Shown: positions 9,473 to 19,985 of the stretch, piece after piece
Layout of the letters: each line of letters starts with the position of its first letter
Numbering within the stretch: position 1 is the first letter of the stretch
NCBI GenBank assembly: GCA_029249345.1
Contig: JAQWHM010000011.1
Location: forward strand, 25,916-89,915
Direction of reading: 5' to 3'
Source of the DNA: Rhodothermales bacterium
GTDB lineage: Bacteria > Bacteroidota > Rhodothermia > Rhodothermales > UBA10348
DNA: 64,000 nucleotides
Notes under the pieces: model-generated
Told to the model about the DNA's origin: nothing
Databases searched by the model: none
The model's input: the letters and a program-made list of their open reading frames with translations, nothing else
Position numbers and translations under genes: made by a program

Positions 9473-10303
9473 TTAGGCAGCCAGACCTTGCTTGGAACTC
9501 CAGAAGCGAAATTCGTCGACCAGTTGATCGAATGAGTCCAGTGCAAAAAGAGTTGGCTGTAGATTCCAGACTTCGTATTCCTGTTGGATTACTGTCTCCA
9601 GCGAGAAGGGGATGACTTCAACTTCGTCGGAAAGAGCGTGAAGCGCTTCTTCTTTCGAGGACATGATGCCTGCGCCAAATACGCGTAGCCCTTCTGCCTG
9701 ACGAATCAATCCAAACTCAATTGTGAACCAATGCAGTCTCTCTAAATGGGTCCGCTGCATGCCGGTAGCATGAAGCGCGGATTGGCCAAACATCTGATAG
9801 AAATCGGCTACCGAAGGCTGTGCGAGCATCGGCATGTGGCCGAACATATCATGAAAACAGTCTGGAGCCGGTGTGTAATCCAGCTCATTTTCTTCACGGA
9901 TGTAGTCGGTAGAAGGGAAAATACGCTTAGAAATCAGATCGAAAAAGTCTTTTTCGTGCAATAGACCTGGAATTCGACCTACCTGCCATCCCGTGGCACT
10001 ATTCAATGCGTTACTCAAGTCAGCAAGAGCAGGAATCCCGCCATCGTTCATGCCCATCAAATGGACTCCGTGCATGTACGCCTCACCCGCCCGACCAGGA
10101 AGCAAATCCATCTGCCGATTGAAGAGATGCTTCCAATTCTCGTTATGCTGATCCGAATACACCGGTTTAACGATGTCTGAGCCTACCGGCACCGGGCCAT
10201 CGAGGTACTGCGGAATACAACGAGGATCCACTCCTTCTTCTGCCGCCTTCTCGTAAGCAGACAATGGCGCAGTAGGGTGTAGTTCGTTTAGAGAGTCTTT
10301 CAT
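9473..10303 (-). CDS. phhA: Phenylalanine 4-monooxygenase
   Basis: YTPAPDCFHDMFGHMPML iron-ligand motif, WFTIEFGL, GAGIMSS. Confidence 0.92.
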   Translation of the reverse strand: MKDSLNELHPTAPLSAYEKAAEEGVDPRCIPQYLDGPVPVGSDIVKPVYSDQHNENWKHLFNRQMDLLPGRAGEAYMHGVHLMGMNDGGIPALADLSNALNSATGWQVGRIPGLLHEKDFFDLISKRIFPSTDYIREENELDYTPAPDCFHDMFGHMPMLAQPSVADFYQMFGQSALHATGMQRTHLERLHWFTIEFGLIRQAEGLRVFGAGIMSSKEEALHALSDEVEVIPFSLETVIQQEYEVWNLQPTLFALDSFDQLVDEFRFWSSKQGLAA

Positions 10304-10426
10304 GTTTCGGTCGTAAGGGCCTAAGCTGGGCGGGGATCACAGAACTTAACACTGTTATGTTCTCGTCGCAATCAGGTTTCAGTTCAATTCACAATACATT
10401 GGAATGAGACCTACTGCCCGACCCAA

Positions 10427-11857
10427 TTACATGACCAGACCCGCTATTAAAAACGCAACGACCGTACATCCTGCGAGGGACAACGCATAGGGAAGTTGCG
10501 TGTTAATATGGTCCACATGATCACTTGCAGCCGACATGCTCGCAATCAACGAGGTGTCGGAAAGGGGTGAAGCGTGATCTCCGAATACACCGCCAGCCAA
10601 TACTGCTCCCAACATGAGGGGCATTGAAAGCCCCAGACCCTCAGCCAAAGGAAGCGCGATGGGAATCAGTATGGCGAAACCCGTCCATGAGGACCCAAGC
10701 GTGAATGAAATAAAAGAACCCACTATAAAGATGAGAGCGGGCAGCCACCAAGTTGGCCATTCTGTTCCGACTACACTGATGATATAGGGCCCCATTTCAA
10801 GTGCCCTGGAAACCTGACCTAAAGCAAAGGCGAGCGCAACAAGCACAACCATTCCGATCAAACCACCGGATCCTTTCAACACTAAGGCCATGGAGTCGCG
10901 TGGATTCATGAGCGCTGCACCGTCCTTACCAGATCCTGGCAAAGCGTACATTACCATCGCTATGCCCACGGCGGCGATAACCGCCCATAACACCGATGTA
11001 GACCCACTTCCTTGCATGATGACTCCTTCTCCAGTCACATAGAGGCCAAAGAAAATGGTGCCCACCATGACCAATATGGGTACGATCAGATGCCGAGCCT
11101 TGCTGCCAGAGGTTGGAACAGGCTCCAGCTCAACGATTTCCGCAGCCACTAAAGGGACCGCCCCATCGCGAATCAAAGCACCCGTTTCCAGGGCTCTCAT
11201 TTCGGCCCTCTTCATACCCCCAAAACTCCAACCCGTCAGCGCCAGTACAAGCGAAAAAACGATGGCAAAAATCGCGTAAAAATTCAGCACGAGCGATGAA
11301 GCCAAGAGACCAACGGCACCATCTGTAACTCCCTGAGCGGCTATAAGTCCTAGCACGAAAGCCCCCCATCCATTGAGTGGGATAGACATACATACAGGAG
11401 CACTGGTTGAATCGCAGTAGAAGGCCAGTTTTTCCCGAGGGATTTTCAGGCGGTCAAACAGAGGTCTGTTAACCGCTCCAACAATGAGACACGTGATGGA
11501 AGACTCAACAAAAATGACCATTCCAATCATCCAGGCCAGAAGTTCTGCTCCCCTTTTCGTTTGTCCCCAGCCCCTACTGGATGCCCACTCAATAAATCCG
11601 TTGACGCCGCCGGAAGCTTGCACCAACGCGATGAGACCACCGACCAACAAGCTGAATAACAAAATGCGCGTATTACTCGGGTCCTCGAATACAGCTACAA
11701 GTTGATCAATCAACTCGCGCATACCCATTAGCGGGTTACCCCCAACAAGAATGGTGGTGCCCAGCCATAGACCAGCCAAAAGAGATAGATAGACCTCTTT
11801 GGTCCACAAGGCGAGGCCAATGGCCAAAATAGGCGGAAGCAGTACGATCCAATCCAT
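10427..11857 (-). CDS. Na+/H+ antiporter NhaC-family transporter
   Basis: Multi-TM protein; CDSTSAPVC, GSSWTGFAILIP, FGDHASPLSDTS motifs. Confidence 0.85.
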   Translation of the reverse strand: MDWIVLLPPILAIGLALWTKEVYLSLLAGLWLGTTILVGGNPLMGMRELIDQLVAVFEDPSNTRILLFSLLVGGLIALVQASGGVNGFIEWASSRGWGQTKRGAELLAWMIGMVIFVESSITCLIVGAVNRPLFDRLKIPREKLAFYCDSTSAPVCMSIPLNGWGAFVLGLIAAQGVTDGAVGLLASSLVLNFYAIFAIVFSLVLALTGWSFGGMKRAEMRALETGALIRDGAVPLVAAEIVELEPVPTSGSKARHLIVPILVMVGTIFFGLYVTGEGVIMQGSGSTSVLWAVIAAVGIAMVMYALPGSGKDGAALMNPRDSMALVLKGSGGLIGMVVLVALAFALGQVSRALEMGPYIISVVGTEWPTWWLPALIFIVGSFISFTLGSSWTGFAILIPIALPLAEGLGLSMPLMLGAVLAGGVFGDHASPLSDTSLIASMSAASDHVDHINTQLPYALSLAGCTVVAFLIAGLVM

Positions 11858-11965
11858 ATGCGCTCAGAGTATTGAGTTGAAGGCTACCGAATCTACGAGT
11901 TAGATTGTGTGATTAAAATATTGCACCCAACAGAACTCCGCTGCGTATAGCGCGCAGACACCCCA

Positions 11966-13081
11966 TTGAATTCAGAAAAGATGAACGAGACGAAAGAAAA
12001 ATTTAAAGAAACAGTCGACAATGCGTCTCGCTTTACGCGATCCATGCTAGATGACCTAGGCACCAGCGAAATCCCTTCTACGTTAAAAAGAGACATGAAG
12101 GAGTCCTATGACTTCTTTTTAGATGAGGACGAACGTCAACATTTGACGACTAAGGGTTCGATGATGCGCAGTATTCTCATCACCTGGTACATGGCGCGGA
12201 GCTTATTTTTAAAATTGACCCCCGTCCGGCGAATTATTTTGTTGGTAGGTGTACTTCTTGCCATTCAGGGTAATTCTAATGACGACTTACAAGTCATTGC
12301 CGGGATTCTGAGTCTTCTTTTTGTGCTGGGCCTCGAATTGAAGGATAAGATCACGGCCAAAGATGAGCTAAATGAAGGTCGCGCAGTGCAGTTGGCGATT
12401 ATGCCCGCCGATACGCCAGAACTTGAAGGCTGGGAGATTTGGATGCATTCCCGGCCGGCCAATGAAGTGGGCGGTGATTTAATTGATCACCTGACCACTT
12501 CGCAAAACCGACTCGCTCTTTCTCTTGGCGACGTAGCTGGGAAAGGATTACCAGCCGCGCTGATGGCAGCAAAAATGCAGGCTACACTCAGGGCCATTGC
12601 CACGGAATACGACGACCTGGCTCCCAGAACAGATCGCCTTAATCAGATTGCAATGCGCGATGGACTGCCCAGTCGATTTGCCTCTCTGATCCACGTAGAA
12701 TTGAATTCAGAATCTGGGGAAGTCACGTTCGTGAATGCTGGCCACCACCCTCCTATTCGCATCAACCAAGATGGGTTCGAAGAATTCAAGCAAAGTGGCC
12801 CAGCCATCGGGTTAACCCGTAGTGCTTCGTTCGAAAAAGCATCCGTCTCTTTGAGTGACGACGACCTTTTCATTCTCTATTCGGATGGTGTACCGGAGGC
12901 TCGTAATGAAATTGGCAGGTTTTATTCCGATGAACGCTTTTTTGATCTCGTCAAATACACGCATGGAATGAGTGCACGCTCCGTGGGTGAACGCATCGTA
13001 CAATCCGTAGATGAATTTGTCCGGACCGCGAGACAAAGCGACGATCTATCTATCATTATCATCCGCCGACTCCCAGTATAA
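11966..13081 (+). CDS. Membrane-anchored PP2C/SpoIIE (RsbU-like) serine phosphatase
   Basis: [33 protein letters not shown] and DDLS motifs; two TM helices. Confidence 0.9.
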   Translation: MNSEKMNETKEKFKETVDNASRFTRSMLDDLGTSEIPSTLKRDMKESYDFFLDEDERQHLTTKGSMMRSILITWYMARSLFLKLTPVRRIILLVGVLLAIQGNSNDDLQVIAGILSLLFVLGLELKDKITAKDELNEGRAVQLAIMPADTPELEGWEIWMHSRPANEVGGDLIDHLTTSQNRLALSLGDVAGKGLPAALMAAKMQATLRAIATEYDDLAPRTDRLNQIAMRDGLPSRFASLIHVELNSESGEVTFVNAGHHPPIRINQDGFEEFKQSGPAIGLTRSASFEKASVSLSDDDLFILYSDGVPEARNEIGRFYSDERFFDLVKYTHGMSARSVGERIVQSVDEFVRTARQSDDLSIIIIRRLPV

Positions 13082-13112
13082 AATGGGGGACGTTTTCCTC
13101 TTCTTTGCAACT

Positions 13113-13499
13113 ATGAAAAGAGAAACCTTTAGCTCCGGGGCACCCTGGGAATCACGAGTCGGATACTCCCGCGCCGTTAGAACAGGACCCTTTGTGTTCG
13201 TCTCTGGCACCACGGCCACGAATGAAGAGGGTCATATTGTGCACGCTGACAATGCCTATGGACAAACCGTGCAGATCTTCAGTAACATCAAAAAGGCGCT
13301 GGAAATGGCAGGAGCCGATTTGACTCAGGTCGTTCGAACACGCATGTTTGTGACGAACATCGACGATTGGGAAGCAGTTGGCCGCGCCCATGGGGAGGTT
13401 TTCAGCGACATCCGACCGGCATCAACCATGGTGGAAGTATCAAAACTAATCCATCCGGAAATGTTGGTTGAAATAGAAGTTGATGCCGTATCTCCCTAA
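13113..13499 (+). CDS. RidA/YjgF/YER057c superfamily protein
   Basis: [36 protein letters not shown]. Confidence 0.9.
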   Translation: MKRETFSSGAPWESRVGYSRAVRTGPFVFVSGTTATNEEGHIVHADNAYGQTVQIFSNIKKALEMAGADLTQVVRTRMFVTNIDDWEAVGRAHGEVFSDIRPASTMVEVSKLIHPEMLVEIEVDAVSP

Positions 13500-13635
13500 A
13501 TCCCGTAGGATAAATTCACTTTTAAAACGAGACCCGTAGTACACATACGTATTGACCTCGCCACCCAAAGGGACTATCTTCCCACTCTTGTACCTACCCG
13601 CACATTGCCTTCTTATTAAGGCTGTCTCTCAGACC

Positions 13636-14613
13636 ATGTCCAAAACACGCACCTACACCTTTGACGAACGAACATGCTCGTTCATAGAGGTTCAGGAATC
13701 TAAAAAACGCATTGCGTATTGGGCTCTTGCGATAGGTTTGTTTGCACTGGTTGCTGCATCGGTCGTTACCTGGGGATTCGATCAGGTCATACAGACCCCT
13801 CAGGAATTGGCTTTGCAGGATGAAAACGAGGCGCTTCAGCGTCAACTACGATCCGTTACCGGTAGGATCGATGTAGTCACGGACGAATTGGCCTTACTCC
13901 AGAACATGGACAAGGAATTCTACCGAACGCTTCTGAACGCGGGAGATTTATCCGAAGACGTGCTTCAGGTTGGTGTTGGGGGAAGCGACCCATATCCTGA
14001 GTTTAGCCGTTTTAGTGTGCCCACATCTTCCATTTTGACGGAAACAGCATCGAAGATTGATCGACTTGAACGTCAACTTCTCTTGCAGAATGAAAGCTAC
14101 CGTGAGCTCGCCGGATTGGCTGCCTCGCAACAGGTAGAATTGAACGAAATGCCTGCAATACTCCCGGTAAACGGTCGCATAACTTCTGGATTTGGCATTC
14201 GATTCCATCCCGTACTCAAAATTTCACGCATGCATCCCGGTTTAGATTTCCATGCGCCCGTTGGGACTCCGGTTTATGCGACAGGAGATGGAATCATTTT
14301 GGAAGCTAAATCCGGAGCCGGATTAGGCCGCTATATCAAGGTCAAGCATGAGACGGCTGGCTACATAACAGTCTTTGCTCACCTGTCTAAAATTGAAACT
14401 GGCATCCGAAAAGGACGAGCTGTTAAAAGAGGAGACCTAATAGGTTACAGTGGGAATACCGGCCTTTCAGAGGCCCCTCACCTCCATTATGAAGTTCGGG
14501 ACCTGCAGAATCGTAAATTAAATCCTTTGTTTTTCTTTGCACCGTCTGTAACACCCGCAGAATACGAGCGTTTGTTGGCCCAGTCAGAAAACACTACCCT
14601 TATTTTCGACTAA
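13636..14613 (+). CDS. M23 family metallopeptidase (TM anchor, coiled coil)
   Basis: HPGLD (HxxxD) and HLH (HxH) zinc motifs. Confidence 0.92.
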   Translation: MSKTRTYTFDERTCSFIEVQESKKRIAYWALAIGLFALVAASVVTWGFDQVIQTPQELALQDENEALQRQLRSVTGRIDVVTDELALLQNMDKEFYRTLLNAGDLSEDVLQVGVGGSDPYPEFSRFSVPTSSILTETASKIDRLERQLLLQNESYRELAGLAASQQVELNEMPAILPVNGRITSGFGIRFHPVLKISRMHPGLDFHAPVGTPVYATGDGIILEAKSGAGLGRYIKVKHETAGYITVFAHLSKIETGIRKGRAVKRGDLIGYSGNTGLSEAPHLHYEVRDLQNRKLNPLFFFAPSVTPAEYERLLAQSENTTLIFD

Positions 14614-14683
14614 ACCTGAAGCTAACCGGTACCTGACTTTAGAAACCTAAAGCTCCCTCAGGCTACTTAACTCAATTCTTCCC

Positions 14684-14712
14684 TTGCAATTTACCCGTTG
14701 GCAACCTATCGT
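14684..14712 (+). promoter_or_regulatory. Sigma70-like promoter for the DUF2795 operon
   Basis: TTGCAA-17 bp-TATCGT, 38 bp upstream of the ATG. Confidence 0.4.
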
Positions 14713-14750
14713 CCTGCGAACGGTCATTTTGAACTGTTAGATACGAATCG

Positions 14751-14969
14751 ATGTACTGGACCTTAGATCTTGCCTCACATCTCGAAGACGCTCCCTGGCC
14801 TGCAACACGGTTGGAGTTGATCGACTATGCCGATCGCATAGGCGCACCCCTGGAAGTCGTAGAAAACTTGCAGGCTATGGAAGACGATGGTGAGCCTTAC
14901 GAAAGTATCGAAGAAGTATGGCCCGACTTTCCCACACAAGACGACGACTTCTACTACGAGGAAGAGTAG
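14751..14969 (+). CDS. DUF2795 domain small acidic protein
   Basis: MYWTLDLASHLEDAPWPAT...GAPLEVVENLQ, recognised as the Bacteroidota-type family. Confidence 0.85.
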   Translation: MYWTLDLASHLEDAPWPATRLELIDYADRIGAPLEVVENLQAMEDDGEPYESIEEVWPDFPTQDDDFYYEEE

Positions 14970-17425
14970 TGACCAGGCGGGCAACGCTACCAAAACGGTG
15001 CGTGATTTTTGCCCTCTGCCTTCTCGGTATCCTGGTGTCGCTTTTGCCATCGGACGCCCTGGCACAGGACTTTGCGCAAAATGATAACCTTCTCGTAACG
15101 GACGTCACCTTTACGGGCGATCCGTTTTTCCCCGACGACCAACTCAAGTTATACATTCGTACCCGTCGCAATAGGCGGTTAATCGGAATCCCAGGTGTTC
15201 ATTGGTGGCGCTGGCTCTATAATCTGGGTGACCAGAAACTAGAGGGCGGATTTTTCGGTCGTATGTTCATGGGAATCGGCGAACCGCCGGCCCTTTTTGA
15301 TTCTGTCGTGTTCGCCACAGATATCGAACAACTCCGACTTTTCTACCAGCGAGAAGGATTTAGGAGCGCGGATATAGTGGCCAGTCTAGCCTCGGATACC
15401 ACAAAAGGAGAAGTCAGCGTCAACTTTCAAATTACCGCTGGCCACCCTACCCACGTTCGAACATTCAAATTCAATGGCCTAGACGTATTAACGGCTTCCG
15501 AAAAATCGGACATTACCAGCAACTCACTCGTTTCCTCTGGAACCGTAACGAGCGATGATTCACTGACTTGGAAGCCCCGGAATATGCGCTACTCTGAGCC
15601 TATTCTGGCCGAAGAGCGTCGCCGAATCATGACGTATTTACGCGAAAGAGGGTTCGCCTTTGTGGGTAGAGATTCCATTCACGCCGTAGTCTATCCCGTG
15701 TTGGCTGATTCGTTTGATGTGACCATGGATGTGAAGCTGGGCCCACGATTCAGGTTTGGTGACCTGCATTACGAAGTCACGGGCCCAGAGCCCCCAGTCT
15801 CGATCCGAACGGATAGTCTATATCTCGCTTCTTCCTCTTCAGATAATGCAGGCGGTGCCATTACTTCGCGCATGCAGGGAGAAGAAAAACTGGATTTCGA
15901 TCTCCTAACGAGAACGCTTCAATTCAGGCCCGGAGATCGCTATGATCAATCTCGCCTGATCGCGACCAAACGCCGTCTCGATGCCACCGGTGTGTTCTCC
16001 TTCACAGCTATTGATGCCCAGATTCCCGACTCATCGGATGTACGTCTATCACATGTGTTGAATCTTCAGACTCGAGTCCGACACCAAATTCGGTTTGAGA
16101 CCTTCATGCAGCAACGCAGTGGAGCCCTCGCAGATACGGAAAACGAACTGGGCGCCGGTCTCGGAGTCACCTACTCCAATGTAAATCTATTTGGCGGAGG
16201 TGAATCCTTCCGAATCCGATCTACGGGAAGTTTAGCCGCCGACATTGGGGGTTTCGGAGGATTCACCTCCGCCCAGTGGGAATCCAGTGCAAGTTTGTCG
16301 TATCCATACCTGACGTTTCCATTTGGACGTTTGGACCGATTTTCAAGACTCTACGATGCAAGGAGCCAGGTATCTCTTAGCCTTCTTGCCGCTAGGCGCG
16401 ATGCCCTAAAGCTGACTCTCAGGGGACGAGGCGGAGCCCGTTACAGATTCGAGCTCCGGCACACCGAGTCCCTGACATCCATCATAGATCTGGTAGATAT
16501 CACCGTTTCCAATCCTGACACGCTAACTGGATTCAAGGATATATTTCTAGATGATGTACTCGACGCTGTTGGGGACGCTGTCCAACGGGCCCAGATCATC
16601 GAAGACTACACCCGACCGCAGTTTAATAATGCGCTTCGATACACATTGAGGTCGGCTACGTCCGATCCGTTTCGAAGGGATAGCGGACACTTCAGAGAGG
16701 TCTCTGCCGAAGTGGGTGGCAACATGGGACGTATCCTAGATGACTTTGTCTTTACCCCTTCTAGGGTAGAAGGAAGTCTGCCGGGTCTCGGTGTTTTTGG
16801 GGGTAGTGGCAGCGGTGGCCGAATGATCTATCGCCAGTACCTGCGCTTTTCAGCAGATATCCGGAGATATCATTCCCTCAATAATCGGAATGTATTTGCT
16901 TGGAAGTTTTTCACCGGTGTCGCACATCCCACGGGCAAGTCGGACATCGTTCCGTTCGATCGACGCTTTTATTCGGGAGGAGCCAACTCGGTACGGGCTT
17001 GGCGTTTGCGAGAATTAGGGCCAGGATCGGCTCGATTTACATCTGATTCAGACTCTCTGGTGGCCGAAACCGACGGATCCAACATTCTAGGTGGCGATAT
17101 CAAAATTGAAATGTCTGCCGAGCTGCGAACGATTGCCCTTCGAAATCTGTTCTCTGCAAACTGGATTTTAGCCGTCTTTGCGGATGCCGGAAACGTATGG
17201 TTAGGCCCCCGTAATCCGGGCAGTTCCGATGGAAGATTCAGAATTGGTGACTTTCCCGGAGAACTTGGAGTCGGCGCAGGCATTGGACTGCGGCTTGGTT
17301 GGGAGTATATCATCGTGCGGTTGGACGTGGCCTATAAAGTCCATGACCCCCGCCGCCAAGGTGATTTCATGCCAGACCAATTCTCTAAACCGGTACTACA
17401 GTTTGGCATCGGACACACATTCTGA
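14969..17425 (+). CDS. Omp85 family outer-membrane protein (TamA/BamA-like, POTRA domains plus barrel)
   Basis: RFYSGGANSVRAW loop-6 motif, POTRA segments, C-terminal LQFGIGHTF; GTG 14969 overlaps the upstream TAG and begins a signal peptide. Confidence 0.9.
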   Translation: MTRRATLPKRCVIFALCLLGILVSLLPSDALAQDFAQNDNLLVTDVTFTGDPFFPDDQLKLYIRTRRNRRLIGIPGVHWWRWLYNLGDQKLEGGFFGRMFMGIGEPPALFDSVVFATDIEQLRLFYQREGFRSADIVASLASDTTKGEVSVNFQITAGHPTHVRTFKFNGLDVLTASEKSDITSNSLVSSGTVTSDDSLTWKPRNMRYSEPILAEERRRIMTYLRERGFAFVGRDSIHAVVYPVLADSFDVTMDVKLGPRFRFGDLHYEVTGPEPPVSIRTDSLYLASSSSDNAGGAITSRMQGEEKLDFDLLTRTLQFRPGDRYDQSRLIATKRRLDATGVFSFTAIDAQIPDSSDVRLSHVLNLQTRVRHQIRFETFMQQRSGALADTENELGAGLGVTYSNVNLFGGGESFRIRSTGSLAADIGGFGGFTSAQWESSASLSYPYLTFPFGRLDRFSRLYDARSQVSLSLLAARRDALKLTLRGRGGARYRFELRHTESLTSIIDLVDITVSNPDTLTGFKDIFLDDVLDAVGDAVQRAQIIEDYTRPQFNNALRYTLRSATSDPFRRDSGHFREVSAEVGGNMGRILDDFVFTPSRVEGSLPGLGVFGGSGSGGRMIYRQYLRFSADIRRYHSLNNRNVFAWKFFTGVAHPTGKSDIVPFDRRFYSGGANSVRAWRLRELGPGSARFTSDSDSLVAETDGSNILGGDIKIEMSAELRTIALRNLFSANWILAVFADAGNVWLGPRNPGSSDGRFRIGDFPGELGVGAGIGLRLGWEYIIVRLDVAYKVHDPRRQGDFMPDQFSKPVLQFGIGHTF

Positions 17426-17473
17426 TATCATGCTCCCCTGCTCGGACACCACCAACAACCCGGAGTTAGCGCG

Positions 17474-18871
17474 TTGAAAAAAGGCTCAATAGTCGAACTG
17501 GAAATCGAGAAGTTTGCAGATAAGGGTAAATCCCTCTCACGTCTGGACGGTTACGTGGTTTTTGTAGCGGGCGCTGTTCCCGGAGACAAAATCACAGCCC
17601 GGGTATTCAAGAAGCGGAAGAAATTTGCTGAAGCCGCCCTGGTCGACATTTTGGAACCCAGTCCGCTCCGGACCGATCCCAAATGCAAGTATTTCCTGAC
17701 CTGCGGAGGCTGCAAGTGGCAGCATGTGGACTATCAAGCACAGCTCGATGCCAAACGACAATCCGTTCAGGATGCTTTTGAGCATCATGGTGGGTTTGAG
17801 TCTGTAGAAGTATTAGGTACGATTGGCGCCGAAGAGACCTATTACTACCGAAACAAAATGGAATTCAGCTTCAGCGCAGGTCGCTGGTTGACTCCAGACG
17901 AGATTTCATCCGGAGATGAATTTGATACCTCTTTCGCGTTGGGTCTCCATGTCCCCGGTAACTTTGCAAAAGTTCTTGATCTAACCGAGTGCCACCTACA
18001 GTCCGAGTTGAGTGCCTCGATTGTGAATGGAGTCCGTGCATTCGCGTTAAAGAAAGACTGGAAGCCATGGCATCCCCGCAAGCATGTGGGTTACCTCAGA
18101 CACCTCGTGATACGTGAAGCTCGTAATACCGACGAGTTGATGATTAATCTGGTCACGAGCCACTACGATATCGACCGAATCAAAGTATTTTCGAAATTCC
18201 TGAAGAAGGAATTCCCGCAGGTCACCACACTGGTTAATACGATCAACTCTACTCCTGCCCAAACGGCCTTCGGTTCAGAGATGCACACTGTTTTCGGAGA
18301 CGGAGTCATTCACGATCGGATTGGAGATGCGACGTTTGAAATTGCCTCTAATGCCTTCTTCCAGACCAATACGGTACAGGCAGAAATACTGTACAAAGTG
18401 GCAGCCGAATTTGCAGAGCTAAAGCCCGACGATCTCGTTTACGACCTGTATAGTGGGGCAGGCACCATTACGTGCTACCTAGCTCCGCACGTTAAGCATG
18501 TAGTTGGCGTTGAGCTTATTGAAGAGGCTGTCCAGAATGCGCGTCGAAATGCAGAAGACAATAAAATTGAAAATGTGAGCTTTGTAACGGGGGACATGCT
18601 GCGTCTATTCAATTCCTCGTTCATCGCCAAACACGGCACGCCCGATGTATTAATTGTAGATCCACCTCGTGCGGGCCTGCATCCTAAAGTCGTTGCCCAG
18701 ATCGCGGCCTTAGCACCTGATCGCTTCGTTTACATATCGTGTAACCCTCTGACACAGGCCCGCGACTTGGCCATGATGAGTGAAGTGTATGACGTAGAAA
18801 AAGTGCAGCCTGTGGACCTCTTTCCACACACCCATCATATTGAATCTGTCGCTCTACTGAGGAAAAAGTGA
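17474..18871 (+). CDS. rlmD: 23S rRNA (uracil1939-C5)-methyltransferase with TRAM domain
   Basis: C-x5-CGGC Fe-S motif, YRNKMEF, FFQTN, DLYSGAGTI, VDPPRAG, YISCNP, DLFPHTHHIE. Confidence 0.95.
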   Translation: MKKGSIVELEIEKFADKGKSLSRLDGYVVFVAGAVPGDKITARVFKKRKKFAEAALVDILEPSPLRTDPKCKYFLTCGGCKWQHVDYQAQLDAKRQSVQDAFEHHGGFESVEVLGTIGAEETYYYRNKMEFSFSAGRWLTPDEISSGDEFDTSFALGLHVPGNFAKVLDLTECHLQSELSASIVNGVRAFALKKDWKPWHPRKHVGYLRHLVIREARNTDELMINLVTSHYDIDRIKVFSKFLKKEFPQVTTLVNTINSTPAQTAFGSEMHTVFGDGVIHDRIGDATFEIASNAFFQTNTVQAEILYKVAAEFAELKPDDLVYDLYSGAGTITCYLAPHVKHVVGVELIEEAVQNARRNAEDNKIENVSFVTGDMLRLFNSSFIAKHGTPDVLIVDPPRAGLHPKVVAQIAALAPDRFVYISCNPLTQARDLAMMSEVYDVEKVQPVDLFPHTHHIESVALLRKK

Positions 18872-19866
18872 TTCTGCCCGACTCATCCTTACATGATTCA
18901 ACGGTCTTCCTCACCGGAGGAACTGGATTCGTAGGAAGTCATCTAGCTGAACGCCTGTTATCGGTAGGATGCAGGGAAGTCCGATGCCTCGTTCGTACGG
19001 ATGAAAAGTGGCTTTCTGGTCTAAACATAAAAGTGGTTCGCGGAACGCTGGCAGATAGTGCCGTTCTGGAAGCCGCCATGAAAGACGTAACCCACGTCTT
19101 TCATGTGGCAGCATTAACCCGCGCAAGGGACTGGAATGATTTCTATGAGGCGAATGTGCTGGGTACGGACCGACTCATCCGCTTAGCGCGGAAGTCATCA
19201 ACCCTGAAACGCATCGTACTGACCAGTAGCCTCGCTGCTATTGGAGAGGCACCCGGCGCAGTTGCCAACGAATCCACTCCGTTCAACCCAGTGAGTCAGT
19301 ATGGGAGAAGTAAGGCGGAAATGGAGCAAGTCGCTGCAGGGCATGATTTTCCAATAACAATCCTGCGTCCCCCGGCGGTGTATGGCCCCAGAGAAACCGA
19401 CATCTTTACATTTTTCAAAACCCTTTCCTCCGGCCTGTGCCCAGTTGTTGGGTCCGCCAAAACAACGGCGCTGAGCCTCGTACACGTAGATGACCTCGTG
19501 ACGGGAATGATTCAAGCCGCCTTCCACCCGGAAGCCGAAGGTAAAACCTTTTTCTTGGGTGGCGAGCAGGATTATTCCTGGGGAGAAATCAGAGACGCAG
19601 CCAAGACAGCGTTGAACAGAAATGTATTGACCCTTCCCATCCCACCGGCGTTGGTCCCAGCTATCGGCAACGTAGCAGAAACGATTGGAAACATATTTGG
19701 GTTTTATCCGCCATTGAACAAAGAAAAGGCCCGTGAAATAGTGAGGGCAACGCTTCGTTGTGATAGTTCATTGGCCCAATCAACGTTTGGATATGCCCCG
19801 GAAAAGGACCTAGGCACCGGAATTACCGAGACCATTTCATGGTATCGCGAACGAAAATGGTTGTAA
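18868..19866 (+). CDS. NAD-dependent epimerase/dehydratase
   Basis: TGGTGFVGS Rossmann motif, YGRSK, RPPAVYGP; GTGA overlap with rlmD. Confidence 0.9.
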   Translation: MILPDSSLHDSTVFLTGGTGFVGSHLAERLLSVGCREVRCLVRTDEKWLSGLNIKVVRGTLADSAVLEAAMKDVTHVFHVAALTRARDWNDFYEANVLGTDRLIRLARKSSTLKRIVLTSSLAAIGEAPGAVANESTPFNPVSQYGRSKAEMEQVAAGHDFPITILRPPAVYGPRETDIFTFFKTLSSGLCPVVGSAKTTALSLVHVDDLVTGMIQAAFHPEAEGKTFFLGGEQDYSWGEIRDAAKTALNRNVLTLPIPPALVPAIGNVAETIGNIFGFYPPLNKEKAREIVRATLRCDSSLAQSTFGYAPEKDLGTGITETISWYRERKWL

Positions 19867-19985
19867 ACGCTTTGAATCTTTGCTGAATCTCGCAATATCA
19901 TCTCGTTGGGTGAATCAGTTTAAAACCGGTATCGTTGACCGACTCCCTTATTTTTATCCCTTAACGCCACCAGCACACCGAAACC

